Sequence record: OZ336094.1
Reading direction: 5' to 3' (one strand)
Length of the DNA stretch: 64,000 nucleotides
From: a phage
Each line of letters starts with the position of its first letter. Within the stretch, counting starts at the first letter, position 1. The notes beneath the pieces are model-generated. The model was not told the DNA's origin. It saw nothing but the letters and a program-made list of their open reading frames with translations, and did no database searches. The position numbers and the translations under genes are program-made. Shown here in pieces: positions 19,124 to 28,033 of the stretch.

Positions 19124-19329
19124 TACACATTCTCCTCTTTTACCAATTCCATTGTTGAATTGTCAAAACCATCTTTAGAAGAATAGGTATAGACAGAACG
19201 TAGTTCTCGCAGGACAGTGAATACATTAGGATCATCTAACCAAGCATCCTGGAGGAGAACATAACGATCTTCATTGTCATATTGAACAGCAATCATAGAA
19301 CCAGACAGTTTGTAAATTTTAATATTCAT
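19123..19329 (-). CDS. Hypothetical protein, 68 aa (start refined to Met 10 with RBS aaggag)
   Basis: Track ORF 19123..19356; internal ATG preceded by aaggag. Confidence 0.4.
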   Translation of the reverse strand: MNIKIYKLSGSMIAVQYDNEDRYVLLQDAWLDDPNVFTVLRELRSVYTYSSKDGFDNSTMELVKEENV

Positions 19330-19342
19330 AATATATTTCTCC

Positions 19343-20446
19343 TTAAAGTAGACCACGTTTAACAGTTTGAATCATACCATCTTCAAGAGATTGCACTTCT
19401 TGAATGTAATCAATACGAGCAGCACGGGCTTCAGTGTTGATTCGGTTAGTTTCTTCCAACATTTTAACTAAGTTTTCTTGATCACGACGCAATGTTTCAA
19501 TATCCAATACTTGACGATTAGCAAGTTGTGTAGCTTCAATTTGGTTTTGTGCAGCCAGATCACTACCCATTGCAATAGCAGCATTAAATTCATTCAGTAC
19601 ATTGTTCTGTGTATCGGCTGCTTTCTTCTGGCGTAGACTTTCAATATACATAGAAAAGTTTGCAGAGTAAGCAGGAATAACATTATTCACAATATTACGG
19701 GCTGATCGCATCAAACTTGCAGATACTTTCTGCATACTTTGTACACGTGGCCCCATCTGAACACACAGTAAACGCAAGGCTTTCAGATCTGCAATACGAA
19801 TTTCAAGCAGATCCATAGTATCACGAGTACGTTGACGCTCTTCTACTTCATTTTCAGGTAGTGTATTAAGGCGAACTTCTTCTTTTTCATAAGTAGCTGT
19901 TAGAAGCTCTATATCCCTGTTTAAGCTAAGAGCATATTTTGCAATAGCTTCCTCTAAACGTTGCAGATATCGTAAAGAATCTTCTTCTTTTTTCAAGTCT
20001 GTTTGGAGTGTCTTTACCAAACCTTCAATACGGTTATTGATGGTGTCAAATTCTCCAAACAAATCTTCTTTCATACCTAAAACTTTCTTAACTAGTTTAC
20101 CTAAACCTTTAGATTGTTTAATAGAGTTAGGATCAAGTTGCTTTGCTTGCTTAATAAGCGCAGTTAAACGTTCACTCATTTCATCTCCCTGAGATGAACG
20201 CTGGTGTTTAAGCACTTCAGCATTAAGGTTACGAAGAGTAAGTCCTGCATCAGCACCAACCTGTTCAATCTCTTCACGAGACATTGGAGGCAGCATTTGT
20301 ACAGGGCGTGCAACAGCAGGGGCATATACAGGGCTTGCATCCATAGCACTTGGAGCAAACAAAGACTTACTTTTTTCTGTTGTTGCCGTGAATACACTCA
20401 TTTCAGACGGTTTGCTTTTTACGGCACTGATAAAAGGACTGGACAT
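19343..20446 (-). CDS. TelA-like toxic-anion-resistance family protein (coiled-coil)
   Basis: 367 aa, size and predicted coiled-coil character of TelA; context with TerD, vWA and TerC; call is context-weighted. Confidence 0.4.
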   Translation of the reverse strand: MSSPFISAVKSKPSEMSVFTATTEKSKSLFAPSAMDASPVYAPAVARPVQMLPPMSREEIEQVGADAGLTLRNLNAEVLKHQRSSQGDEMSERLTALIKQAKQLDPNSIKQSKGLGKLVKKVLGMKEDLFGEFDTINNRIEGLVKTLQTDLKKEEDSLRYLQRLEEAIAKYALSLNRDIELLTATYEKEEVRLNTLPENEVEERQRTRDTMDLLEIRIADLKALRLLCVQMGPRVQSMQKVSASLMRSARNIVNNVIPAYSANFSMYIESLRQKKAADTQNNVLNEFNAAIAMGSDLAAQNQIEATQLANRQVLDIETLRRDQENLVKMLEETNRINTEARAARIDYIQEVQSLEDGMIQTVKRGLL

Positions 20447-20514
20447 TCAATTTCCTCCATATTCTTTAGTAAATGGTGATACCTCTGTACCACCATCATA
20501 ACACAAGTTAAGTA

Positions 20515-21366
20515 TTAAACAAACATATCTAAATAATTTGTAGTAATAAATGCTCCATCTGCTTCCAGATTAACATAACCCGTGGTATTAGTAGTTAAGA
20601 AATCCAGATCGAAGGACTCTTTAACACCCCGTACCTCAACACGAGAGATATCGAATACAGGTAGTGTAACAGCCTCTTCGTGCAATACCGTACCTTTGTA
20701 GGTTGCCTTAATGATAAACTTGATATTACCTGTTCCAGCATCATATAAAACACTTTCAAACCCTTTGAGAGTATATTTATCACCAGAAGTGAAGTGCAAA
20801 GTTGCTTTGTTTACAGTACGTTTCTTACGAGGAGTTCCTTTCACACGTTTATGATCACTACGTTTTTTGTATTTAGGAATGAATACAAACGATACACTCT
20901 CAAGAAAGGTATCAACATCAAGGATTTTAATATCCTCTGTTGCAGCAAATTTTGAAGTCGTTGCATCAAAATGCTTTTCCCTGCGATCATACATAAAGAT
21001 ATCAAACCGATCTTCTAAATCAAACAAATTATGTATTTTAATTTCAGAATGCTTGCGCATTGCAGCAACCTTGAACTCTTCAAAACGTGGGTGTTCTACA
21101 AGTTCTTCAAGTTTTACACCAAAGACAGTATATTGCTTCGAAGTCTTTTCTGGTGTTGGCATTACAGAAGCATAGTCCCCGATTGCGCTCTTAAAGCAAA
21201 ATTGTTCTTGACCTGTATTTTTACCAACGAATTTACAGTATTCGTCATTGTGCATACTTTCCTTAGTAGTACCAACAAACTCAAAACCATCTTTATTCTT
21301 CTCAAGAATTTCTTGATTAAAAATCCAACCTTCCAGGCGATACACTTTACCAACTTCTAGTTTCAT
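20515..21366 (-). CDS. Hypothetical protein, 283 aa
   Basis: Track ORF; no motif recognised. Confidence 0.45.
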   Translation of the reverse strand: MKLEVGKVYRLEGWIFNQEILEKNKDGFEFVGTTKESMHNDEYCKFVGKNTGQEQFCFKSAIGDYASVMPTPEKTSKQYTVFGVKLEELVEHPRFEEFKVAAMRKHSEIKIHNLFDLEDRFDIFMYDRREKHFDATTSKFAATEDIKILDVDTFLESVSFVFIPKYKKRSDHKRVKGTPRKKRTVNKATLHFTSGDKYTLKGFESVLYDAGTGNIKFIIKATYKGTVLHEEAVTLPVFDISRVEVRGVKESFDLDFLTTNTTGYVNLEADGAFITTNYLDMFV

Positions 21367-21401
21367 CTGTTTCTCCTTCTTATTTAATCTGTATTAAATT
21401 A

Positions 21402-21992
21402 TTAACGACGACGTGAGCTACTAAAACTACGTTTCGACGAAGAATAACTTTTCGAAGACTTACTATAAGAGCTAATAGGGCTTGAGTAAGACTTACGAGC
21501 AGAGTAATCACTATTCACTTTTGTTGTTGACGGGCGTGAATACGTTTGTACACTTTGCTGCTTAATTGTGTTTTGTTTAGTGGTTGTATATGTATTCCCT
21601 TGTTTATCATAAAAACGATGCTTTTGTGTTGTATATGCTTTACTATTAGTTGTAGGAGCAGCGTTGTTATTGATAATTGTTGTATTGCTACCGCCATCTC
21701 TATAACCACCACCGCCACTATTACCACTCAACATATGACCAAGAAGCATACCTGTAGCAAACTCACCTACACCAGAAGAACCACTACCGCCTCCTTGCAC
21801 AACAACTGTTGAAGGTTGTGCAGGTGCTGCTTGAACAACTTGAGGTGCAGGCTGATTTACATATTGTTCATCTACCATCTGATTTGGTGTTTGTTGGTAA
21901 CGTTGATTTTGTACATTTTCAGAATCATCACAACCTACCAGCAATGCACTACCTAAAACAACTGCAACAATAAAAGATTTAATGTTTTTCAT
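21402..21992 (-). CDS. Putative lipoprotein with Ser/Tyr-rich low-complexity C-terminus (start refined)
   Basis: Signal peptide with lipobox LVGC (MKNIKSFIVAVVLGSALLVGCDD); RBS gagagg; Gly-rich and SYSS-repeat tail. Confidence 0.5.
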   Translation of the reverse strand: MKNIKSFIVAVVLGSALLVGCDDSENVQNQRYQQTPNQMVDEQYVNQPAPQVVQAAPAQPSTVVVQGGGSGSSGVGEFATGMLLGHMLSGNSGGGGYRDGGSNTTIINNNAAPTTNSKAYTTQKHRFYDKQGNTYTTTKQNTIKQQSVQTYSRPSTTKVNSDYSARKSYSSPISSYSKSSKSYSSSKRSFSSSRRR

Positions 21993-22185
21993 TTGTAACC
22001 CTCTCATTTAAAGTCTCAACACAATTTTTAAAATCCCTAGAGAAACAATACATCTGTTCTCCGTTCCTGTTGATAGTAATTGTATGGTTATCAATATATG
22101 TTGTCAAGATAAAAATCAAACAAAACAACCCTAGAGCAAAACAAATATTTTCAAACAGAATCCAAAGAACACGTAAAACCACCAT
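21979..22185 (-). CDS. Hypothetical small membrane protein, 68 aa
   Basis: Hydrophobic N-terminus; RBS gaggtg; overlaps start of lipoprotein gene. Confidence 0.35.
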   Translation of the reverse strand: MVVLRVLWILFENICFALGLFCLIFILTTYIDNHTITINRNGEQMYCFSRDFKNCVETLNERVTNEKH

Positions 22186-22199
22186 CAGATCACCTCAAC

Positions 22200-22219
22200 A
22201 AAGCCCCCGAAGGGGCTTA
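22200..22219 (-). terminator. Hairpin (AGCCCC-CGAA-GGGGCT) downstream of the TerC-like gene
   Basis: GC stem with tetraloop; weak T-tail. Confidence 0.4.
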
Positions 22220-22224
22220 ATGAA

Positions 22225-23202
22225 TTAAGCAACAGTCTGGTCTTCTTTTTCAGGGAAGATTAAACTTGCAACAACACCCAACCCAAGAGTACCTAACACA
22301 ATATACATACTGATCGTCGGATCAATGTGTGCTGGCAGGAAACTGACTTTTGCGTGCAGAGTTTCTGCAAACGGGTGATACATCAGTTTTACACCCACAA
22401 ACACCAGGACTACGATAACTGCTTTCTCCAGATGAACCAAATACTTCAGTGCAACACTAAGAACAAAGAACAGAGCACGTAAACCTAAGATTGCACAGAG
22501 CATCGAAGAGAACACCAGTAGAGGTTCTTGTGTCACTGCAATTACTGCTGGAACAGAGTCTACTGCAAAGATTACGTCAACCATTTCCATTACAAACACA
22601 CAAACCAGAGCCGGAGTTGCTACACGAACACCATTTTTGATTGTGAAGAACTTCTCACCATCCATCTGATCAGATACAGGGAACAGCTTACGAACAATGC
22701 GAGTAGCCCAGTGTTTAGAGTAATCAACTTCTGCATCATTATCTCCAGCGAATACCATTTTAGCCGCACAGAAAAGGATGACAGCACCGAAGAAGATATT
22801 AACATACCAGCCCAAACTCAACAAGTAAGTACCTACTGCTACAAACACACCTCGGAAGACAATCGCACCTGCAATACCCCAAAGTAGAATCTTGTGCTGC
22901 AAGTGTGTGCTTTTAATACCAAAACTTGCGAAGACTGCCACAAATACTACTAAGTTATCTACAGAAAGAGATTTCTCCAACACATACCCACTCAAAAACA
23001 AGCTCGCAAAATCAGCACCGTGTTGGAAGTATACAAAACCATAGTAGGCTAATGATACCCCAATCCAGAAAATTGACCAGCCAATTGCAGATTTAAATGA
23101 AATTTCTTTGTTTTCTCTGTGTCCAAAGAAGTCAATACAAATCGACAAGACTAAAATACCCACTAAAACAACCACATCAATAATTGGGAAACCCAGTTGC
23201 AT
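22225..23202 (-). CDS. terC: TerC-family integral membrane protein
   Basis: 325 aa with multiple TM segments; motif EKSLSVDNLVVF matches the conserved TerC signature. Confidence 0.6.
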   Translation of the reverse strand: MQLGFPIIDVVVLVGILVLSICIDFFGHRENKEISFKSAIGWSIFWIGVSLAYYGFVYFQHGADFASLFLSGYVLEKSLSVDNLVVFVAVFASFGIKSTHLQHKILLWGIAGAIVFRGVFVAVGTYLLSLGWYVNIFFGAVILFCAAKMVFAGDNDAEVDYSKHWATRIVRKLFPVSDQMDGEKFFTIKNGVRVATPALVCVFVMEMVDVIFAVDSVPAVIAVTQEPLLVFSSMLCAILGLRALFFVLSVALKYLVHLEKAVIVVLVFVGVKLMYHPFAETLHAKVSFLPAHIDPTISMYIVLGTLGLGVVASLIFPEKEDQTVA

Positions 23203-23219
23203 TCTTTTCTCCTCTTTAA

Positions 23220-23238
23220 TGCGGAGGACAATCCTCCG
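23220..23238 (-). terminator. Hairpin (GCGGAGGA-CAA-TCCTCCGC) between an upstream small gene and terC
   Basis: 8-bp stem; no strong T-run, may be an RNA-stability or attenuator element. Confidence 0.35.
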
Positions 23239-23279
23239 CTCTATGTCTTATACTATAAACTGTTTTTAAAGAAAGTCAA

Positions 23280-23528
23280 CTAGTTCAGTTCTGTAATTTT
23301 AAGTTTATCTTCTTTGTTAATGATAGGGAAAGCTACAGCATCACCTACGTCATCAATAAAGCAAATAGCAATACCACCTTCCACTTTGCTAATCTGACCA
23401 TTAAAGGCGTGATACGGGGCAGGAACTTGATCTCCATCTTCAAGGAGAATAGCCTCGTAAACCTTGCCGATAGTACAATCACGAGTGTTTCTAAATTTTT
23501 CAAGCACTTCAACATTTACTTTACGCAT
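23280..23528 (-). CDS. Hypothetical protein, 82 aa
   Basis: Track ORF. Confidence 0.4.
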   Translation of the reverse strand: MRKVNVEVLEKFRNTRDCTIGKVYEAILLEDGDQVPAPYHAFNGQISKVEGGIAICFIDDVGDAVAFPIINKEDKLKITELN

Positions 23529-23542
23529 ATAAAAATCCTCTC

Positions 23543-23749
23543 TTATTTGTTAGATTGAAAGATACCACGAAGTACCGCAAGAATGAACGTCACACAGACT
23601 ACACTCCAAAACGTTACAGGAACATGATGCCAGTCTAAGCCGATAATGTCAATCATATAATTGTATGCTAAAAGCAGTAGCCAACTAGGGATTAACACAA
23701 TCAAGAACACAACAATAAAACAACCTAATACTGCTAAAACACCTGCCAT
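23543..23749 (-). CDS. Hypothetical membrane protein, 68 aa
   Basis: Two predicted TM helices. Confidence 0.4.
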   Translation of the reverse strand: MAGVLAVLGCFIVVFLIVLIPSWLLLLAYNYMIDIIGLDWHHVPVTFWSVVCVTFILAVLRGIFQSNK

Positions 23750-23758
23750 ACTTTCTCC

Positions 23759-24475
23759 TTATTTCAGTTTGTAAACAATTACATTTAAACCTTTGTTTAC
23801 TAGAGTTTCTTCGATCATAAGTTTTACAATATTCCAAGAACCTCCAGCCAAACCACAACCAAGCATTGGTAAACCTACAATTTTACCGCCTGAAGATACA
23901 ACATCGTCTCCCATACTATCTAACGCATTGTAGATAGCTTCATAATTCAGGTCACGCTTACCTTCCTCACGACGACTATAACCATATTGTCCATATAAAT
24001 TATAAATTGTCAAATTGTTTTCTGTATACTTGGTAAACGTACCTAATTTTTTATAATCACCACGTTTAGTGGCACAATCTGCTTTAAACGCACCAGGCCA
24101 CTTACTTTTAATTTTTGGTGCAATACCACTACCCATAGTGCAAAAACAGTTACAGCAGTGTGCTATAGCGTCTATATCGCCTCTCTCGGCTGCTGCTAAA
24201 AGATCACCGTATACCTCAATGATACCTGCTGGATAACTTGTTACAATTTCATCTTCCCAGTACATTTTCTCTACACCACCGATCAGTGCAAAGTTTTGTG
24301 TAATGCGATCATCAATATAGTTAAGACCTGAAACATACACAGCATATTCATCCTGTGCTGTAATACCTTGTACACGAATTCTTAAGACACCATCTTTATC
24401 TGTTGCTACACGCCCAAAATCTTTTTCTGTAATATTGGTGATAGGATCTCCGAAAGTCATTACTTTATTAGACAT
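23759..24475 (-). CDS. Macro-domain protein (ADP-ribose binding/processing), start refined
   Basis: Segments DAIAHCCNCFCTMGSGIAPKI and GLPMLGCGLAGGSW resemble macro-domain motifs (VNAAN..GGGV..AI and FP.I.TG.YG.P); internal ATG with RBS aaagggga overlaps PRTase stop. Confidence 0.5.
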   Translation of the reverse strand: MSNKVMTFGDPITNITEKDFGRVATDKDGVLRIRVQGITAQDEYAVYVSGLNYIDDRITQNFALIGGVEKMYWEDEIVTSYPAGIIEVYGDLLAAAERGDIDAIAHCCNCFCTMGSGIAPKIKSKWPGAFKADCATKRGDYKKLGTFTKYTENNLTIYNLYGQYGYSRREEGKRDLNYEAIYNALDSMGDDVVSSGGKIVGLPMLGCGLAGGSWNIVKLMIEETLVNKGLNVIVYKLK

Positions 24476-25325
24476 AATAATCCCCTTTAACATTAGATTT
24501 GTTGATAATGTTGCTTTCAAAAAATTGACGTAGGAAATCAAAGTTCTCTTTATATTTTTCAATATTATTGTAGCCTTCTGCAAGGCAACCAAAGAACAGT
24601 TGTTCTACATAATACAAAGGAAGCTGTGAAAGTGCAATTTTAAAATCAACTTCGCTTTGACTCATTAGATACTTAATAGGACGAACCAAACATTTAGCAT
24701 CAGTTTCTTGCTTAATCATTTTAATAAAAGCTGCCAGGTTATTGATGTAGTTGAAGTTAAGTGCAGCTTCGGTGTTGGCTTCTGTACCTTCATACTTTGC
24801 AAAGTACAGGAAAAACGTATCGTTTTCAACACCTTCTTTGTCTAAAATTTCAATAAGTTTTTCTTCGTGCGTTCCTGTAATATTAACATCATCAATGAAA
24901 ATCAGAGTTTTATTACCCCAGAAATCACGATTGATAGAGAAAGTGTCACCATCGATCAAAGCCTTACGATCTTCTTTGCTAAGAAATCCATAATCATTGA
25001 TATAGCTCACTTTACGATGAACGATATCCCACTCCACGGCTTTACCTCCTTTGATAGAGATTAGGTAGTTGAGGTGATCTACAAAATGTTCAGATAACAC
25101 TGTAGCTGCATTTTTCACATAGTTATATGGAGATGGAATAACAACAAAACTTTCATTTACCAGTCGTTCTTCATACTTGGAAAAGAAACTTTCAGCCAGA
25201 ATGCGCCCCATTCTTTTTGCTGCCTGGTTACTACCAAACTTTAGCTTGGAATAATCTGCAATGTTAAATTTTGCTTCCTTCAGGTTAGTAAAAGTATTAG
25301 CAAAATGTTGAATTTGATTACGCAT
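24468..25325 (-). CDS. Phosphoribosyltransferase (PRTase)-domain protein
   Basis: PRPP-binding-like motif TLIFIDDVNITGTHEE. Confidence 0.55.
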   Translation of the reverse strand: MRNQIQHFANTFTNLKEAKFNIADYSKLKFGSNQAAKRMGRILAESFFSKYEERLVNESFVVIPSPYNYVKNAATVLSEHFVDHLNYLISIKGGKAVEWDIVHRKVSYINDYGFLSKEDRKALIDGDTFSINRDFWGNKTLIFIDDVNITGTHEEKLIEILDKEGVENDTFFLYFAKYEGTEANTEAALNFNYINNLAAFIKMIKQETDAKCLVRPIKYLMSQSEVDFKIALSQLPLYYVEQLFFGCLAEGYNNIEKYKENFDFLRQFFESNIINKSNVKGDYYV

Positions 25326-25974
25326 TAATAAGTTCCTCTTTTTTAAGTTTAGCCAACAAGTCTTCTGGATTAATAATATGACAGAACTTCATCCCTATGT
25401 CAACAGCTTTTCCATCATAAATCAAACTATCTCCAACGTGTAAAATCTCCTCTGGTGCGAGATCAAACGTTACCATTTCATCAAAAGAGAGTTTAAAAAA
25501 CCTGGGATCTGGTTTACACAAGCAAAACTCATCAGAAAAATGCATAAAATCGAATGGTAATTTTGTCAAGCCAGAATATACAGCTAAGAAACTACCAGGT
25601 ACAAAATTGGTATTGCTCTTAATACTCAAAGAATAGGTTGAACTTAGCTCTTCCAACTTCTTGCAAAGTTCAGGATTCAATGTTGGAGGATGTTTTATAA
25701 ACATTGCTAAACAGTCTCTTTTTAACCCATCCACTTTATCAAGATCAATGTTCAAACGAGTAGAAAGTGTTACCCAAGCATCCTTAGACGTTCCACAAAT
25801 GCCTTTTTCTGCTTTTAAATCCAGGAGAGTTTTTACCTCTTTATATACGGTAGCTGCTTCTACCTCAGAACAAGAGGCATACTCGGCAATAACCTTGTTG
25901 CGTTCTTCTGCATACAAAGGATTAGCAGTAATAAGAGTATTCCATACATCAAAAGAAATATGCTTAACAGTCAT
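25318..25974 (-). CDS. HAD-superfamily hydrolase-like protein (start refined)
   Basis: N-terminal ISFDVWNTLI (HAD motif I-like) and C-terminal VGDSLIYDGKA (motif IV GDxxxD); motif I lacks the second Asp. Confidence 0.45.
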   Translation of the reverse strand: MTVKHISFDVWNTLITANPLYAEERNKVIAEYASCSEVEAATVYKEVKTLLDLKAEKGICGTSKDAWVTLSTRLNIDLDKVDGLKRDCLAMFIKHPPTLNPELCKKLEELSSTYSLSIKSNTNFVPGSFLAVYSGLTKLPFDFMHFSDEFCLCKPDPRFFKLSFDEMVTFDLAPEEILHVGDSLIYDGKAVDIGMKFCHIINPEDLLAKLKKEELINA

Positions 25975-25976
25975 TT

Positions 25977-26132
25977 TTAATCCTCCGTCCAAAAGAATAT
26001 CATCTGCTTAATTTTATTGATCTCTTGATGTAGTAACTTTCCAGCATGTGATTGATCTTTAATATTGACAGCAAGAATTTCAAGCTCCGTTAGTTTTTCT
26101 TGGATAGCTTTATATTCATCATCTGTAAGCAT
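25977..26132 (-). CDS. Hypothetical small protein, 51 aa
   Basis: Hand-translated ORF (MLTDDEYKAIQEKLTELEILAV...), RBS aggggaag; below track size cut-off. Confidence 0.35.
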   Translation of the reverse strand: MLTDDEYKAIQEKLTELEILAVNIKDQSHAGKLLHQEINKIKQMIFFWTED

Positions 26133-26143
26133 TTTCTTCCCCT

Positions 26144-26347
26144 TTAGAATGGTAATCTTTGTATGTCACTTATCCCCACACCAAGAAGTCTAGCAATATC
26201 CTTATCTAAAAGCAACTCTTTTTGTTCTAAAATGTTAATCAGATCTCCTAATACTTCTTTAATGTCACGATCATTTTTAGCAACGTGACCACCTGCGGTA
26301 TCAACTTTATCTTTAAAAACAAAATAATGATCCATAATACCCTCCAT
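26144..26347 (-). CDS. Hypothetical protein, 67 aa
   Basis: Track ORF. Confidence 0.4.
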   Translation of the reverse strand: MEGIMDHYFVFKDKVDTAGGHVAKNDRDIKEVLGDLINILEQKELLLDKDIARLLGVGISDIQRLPF

Positions 26348-26352
26348 ATAAA

Positions 26353-26378
26353 TAAAGGAGGCTTTCGCCTCCTTTTAT
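26353..26378 (-). terminator. Terminator hairpin (AAGGAGGC-TTTC-GCCTCCTT) downstream of AAA+ ATPase gene
   Basis: 8-bp stem, tetraloop, T-rich flank. Confidence 0.5.
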
Positions 26379-26381
26379 CAC

Positions 26382-27542
26382 TTAGTAAGAACGACCACCA
26401 AACACATACTCTGTGTAGTTTTTACGTTCTTTGTTTTTAATAACAACTTCAATGTTGTTACCTTTATCATCGGTGAACATAAAGTGATAACCGTCACCAC
26501 CCATTGTACGAATGTGTTTTTCATCATACGTTAGCAAGATACGGTCTACACCCCAGTAGTAGTCACCTTCTTCATCTTTATCTTCTACAGTAACGATCCC
26601 TTCCATTTCAGGAAGATGCTCTTCTCCTGACTTATGATCTACAGCTACAACATAACGATTACCGCTAAACAAACCTTGTGCTGTCATACCGTCAATATCG
26701 GTATCTGACGAAACATCTCCTGTACGATCTACACCGTTAACTTTCAGAAGTTTAACTTCTTTTGCAGCATAGCGGTGTTCAGTAATACTGATACCCATTA
26801 ATGCAAGTGCATCAGAGAATTTGTCATTAGGGTAACGGTTAAGTTCTTCTACTAATGACTGAACAATATCAAAGTTCAAATCCACGGAGAGATTATAAAG
26901 CGTTTCAAAATCTGGTAAGAAGGCTTTGTTCTCCAGATTTTTAGCCAGATAATCATCCATAGTAGCTTTAGGTAGTTTCTTATAGCTAAAACTGTAGAAA
27001 ATACGGCTAGGACGATTACGCAAAAATTCTGATACATAACCATCATTTTTAGTCAATACAAACAGTTTGTCGTAGCCACCAACACCATCCAGCAGGGTAA
27101 GCAAACCATCTTGTGCATCTTTTTCAGCATACAGTTTATCAAATTCATCGATCATAATCATCACAGGTTGTGTGATTTTAGACATAAAGTTGATAAAGCC
27201 TTCACCATTAAAAGCACTACCGATAGAAATAGTAGGAATACCCATTTCACGAAGAGCAGAAGACAGCATTTTAGCTTGCAAAGTTTTACCGCTACCTTTC
27301 GTACCCTCAAGGAGAACACCTGTGTTTTTACCTTTGCGGCTAAGGAACGTCTTGATAATACGTTCTGATTTATCATCAGTATCACCGTATGTTACTGAAG
27401 GGACTTCCATATCGTTTTTAGGATACAGGAAGAACTCGCCACTTTGAGTAACACCTACACCAAAAGTTCCTGCTGGAATTTCTTCAATATCTGTACCAGA
27501 CTTCTGACGCAGGAAGATTTGATTGCCGAATACTGTAAACAT
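26382..27542 (-). CDS. AAA+ ATPase (classical-clade-like), paralog A
   Basis: Walker A GTKGSGKT, Walker B IMIDEFDK, sensor-1 LTKN, SRH-like LRNRPSR; paralogous to 42038..43165. Confidence 0.6.
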   Translation of the reverse strand: MFTVFGNQIFLRQKSGTDIEEIPAGTFGVGVTQSGEFFLYPKNDMEVPSVTYGDTDDKSERIIKTFLSRKGKNTGVLLEGTKGSGKTLQAKMLSSALREMGIPTISIGSAFNGEGFINFMSKITQPVMIMIDEFDKLYAEKDAQDGLLTLLDGVGGYDKLFVLTKNDGYVSEFLRNRPSRIFYSFSYKKLPKATMDDYLAKNLENKAFLPDFETLYNLSVDLNFDIVQSLVEELNRYPNDKFSDALALMGISITEHRYAAKEVKLLKVNGVDRTGDVSSDTDIDGMTAQGLFSGNRYVVAVDHKSGEEHLPEMEGIVTVEDKDEEGDYYWGVDRILLTYDEKHIRTMGGDGYHFMFTDDKGNNIEVVIKNKERKNYTEYVFGGRSY

Positions 27543-27562
27543 AGTTTTCTCCTCTATTTAAT

Positions 27563-28033
27563 TTAGTCAGATTCCCAAATGTTGTCTTTCTTAACCCACA
27601 TTCGTTGATTATCTGAACCTCTATAACGTTTCGTTGTTGGTTGATTCATATCATACTTACCATCTATCACTATGTCAACCAGTTTTTTAATTTTTTCTGG
27701 AATTTCTTCAAAAAGATATCCTGTATATAAAACAATATCTTTTTTGTTTCCAAAACAATCTCTTACCTTCTCAAGAACATACTCTACAGTATCAATGTTC
27801 TCTTTGTCAAGAGGTTCACCACCTAAAACTGTTAATCCTTTAATGAAAGGTCGAGATAAATCTTTCAAGATAAGATCTAATGTTTCAGCAGTGAACTCTT
27901 GTCCGTAGTTATACGACCAGGCTTTCTGGTTAAAGCAGCCACGGCAACCGTGGCTACAACCGCTCACCCACAAAGAGCATCTTACACCGTCACCGTTGAG
28001 CATGTCAACAGGTTCATATCCGGCGTAATTCAA
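27563..28033 (-). CDS. nrdG: Anaerobic ribonucleotide reductase activating protein (radical SAM)
   Basis: Cys cluster GCSHGCRGC (CxxxCxxC); 156 aa; immediately downstream of nrdD. Confidence 0.8.
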   Translation of the reverse strand: MNYAGYEPVDMLNGDGVRCSLWVSGCSHGCRGCFNQKAWSYNYGQEFTAETLDLILKDLSRPFIKGLTVLGGEPLDKENIDTVEYVLEKVRDCFGNKKDIVLYTGYLFEEIPEKIKKLVDIVIDGKYDMNQPTTKRYRGSDNQRMWVKKDNIWESD

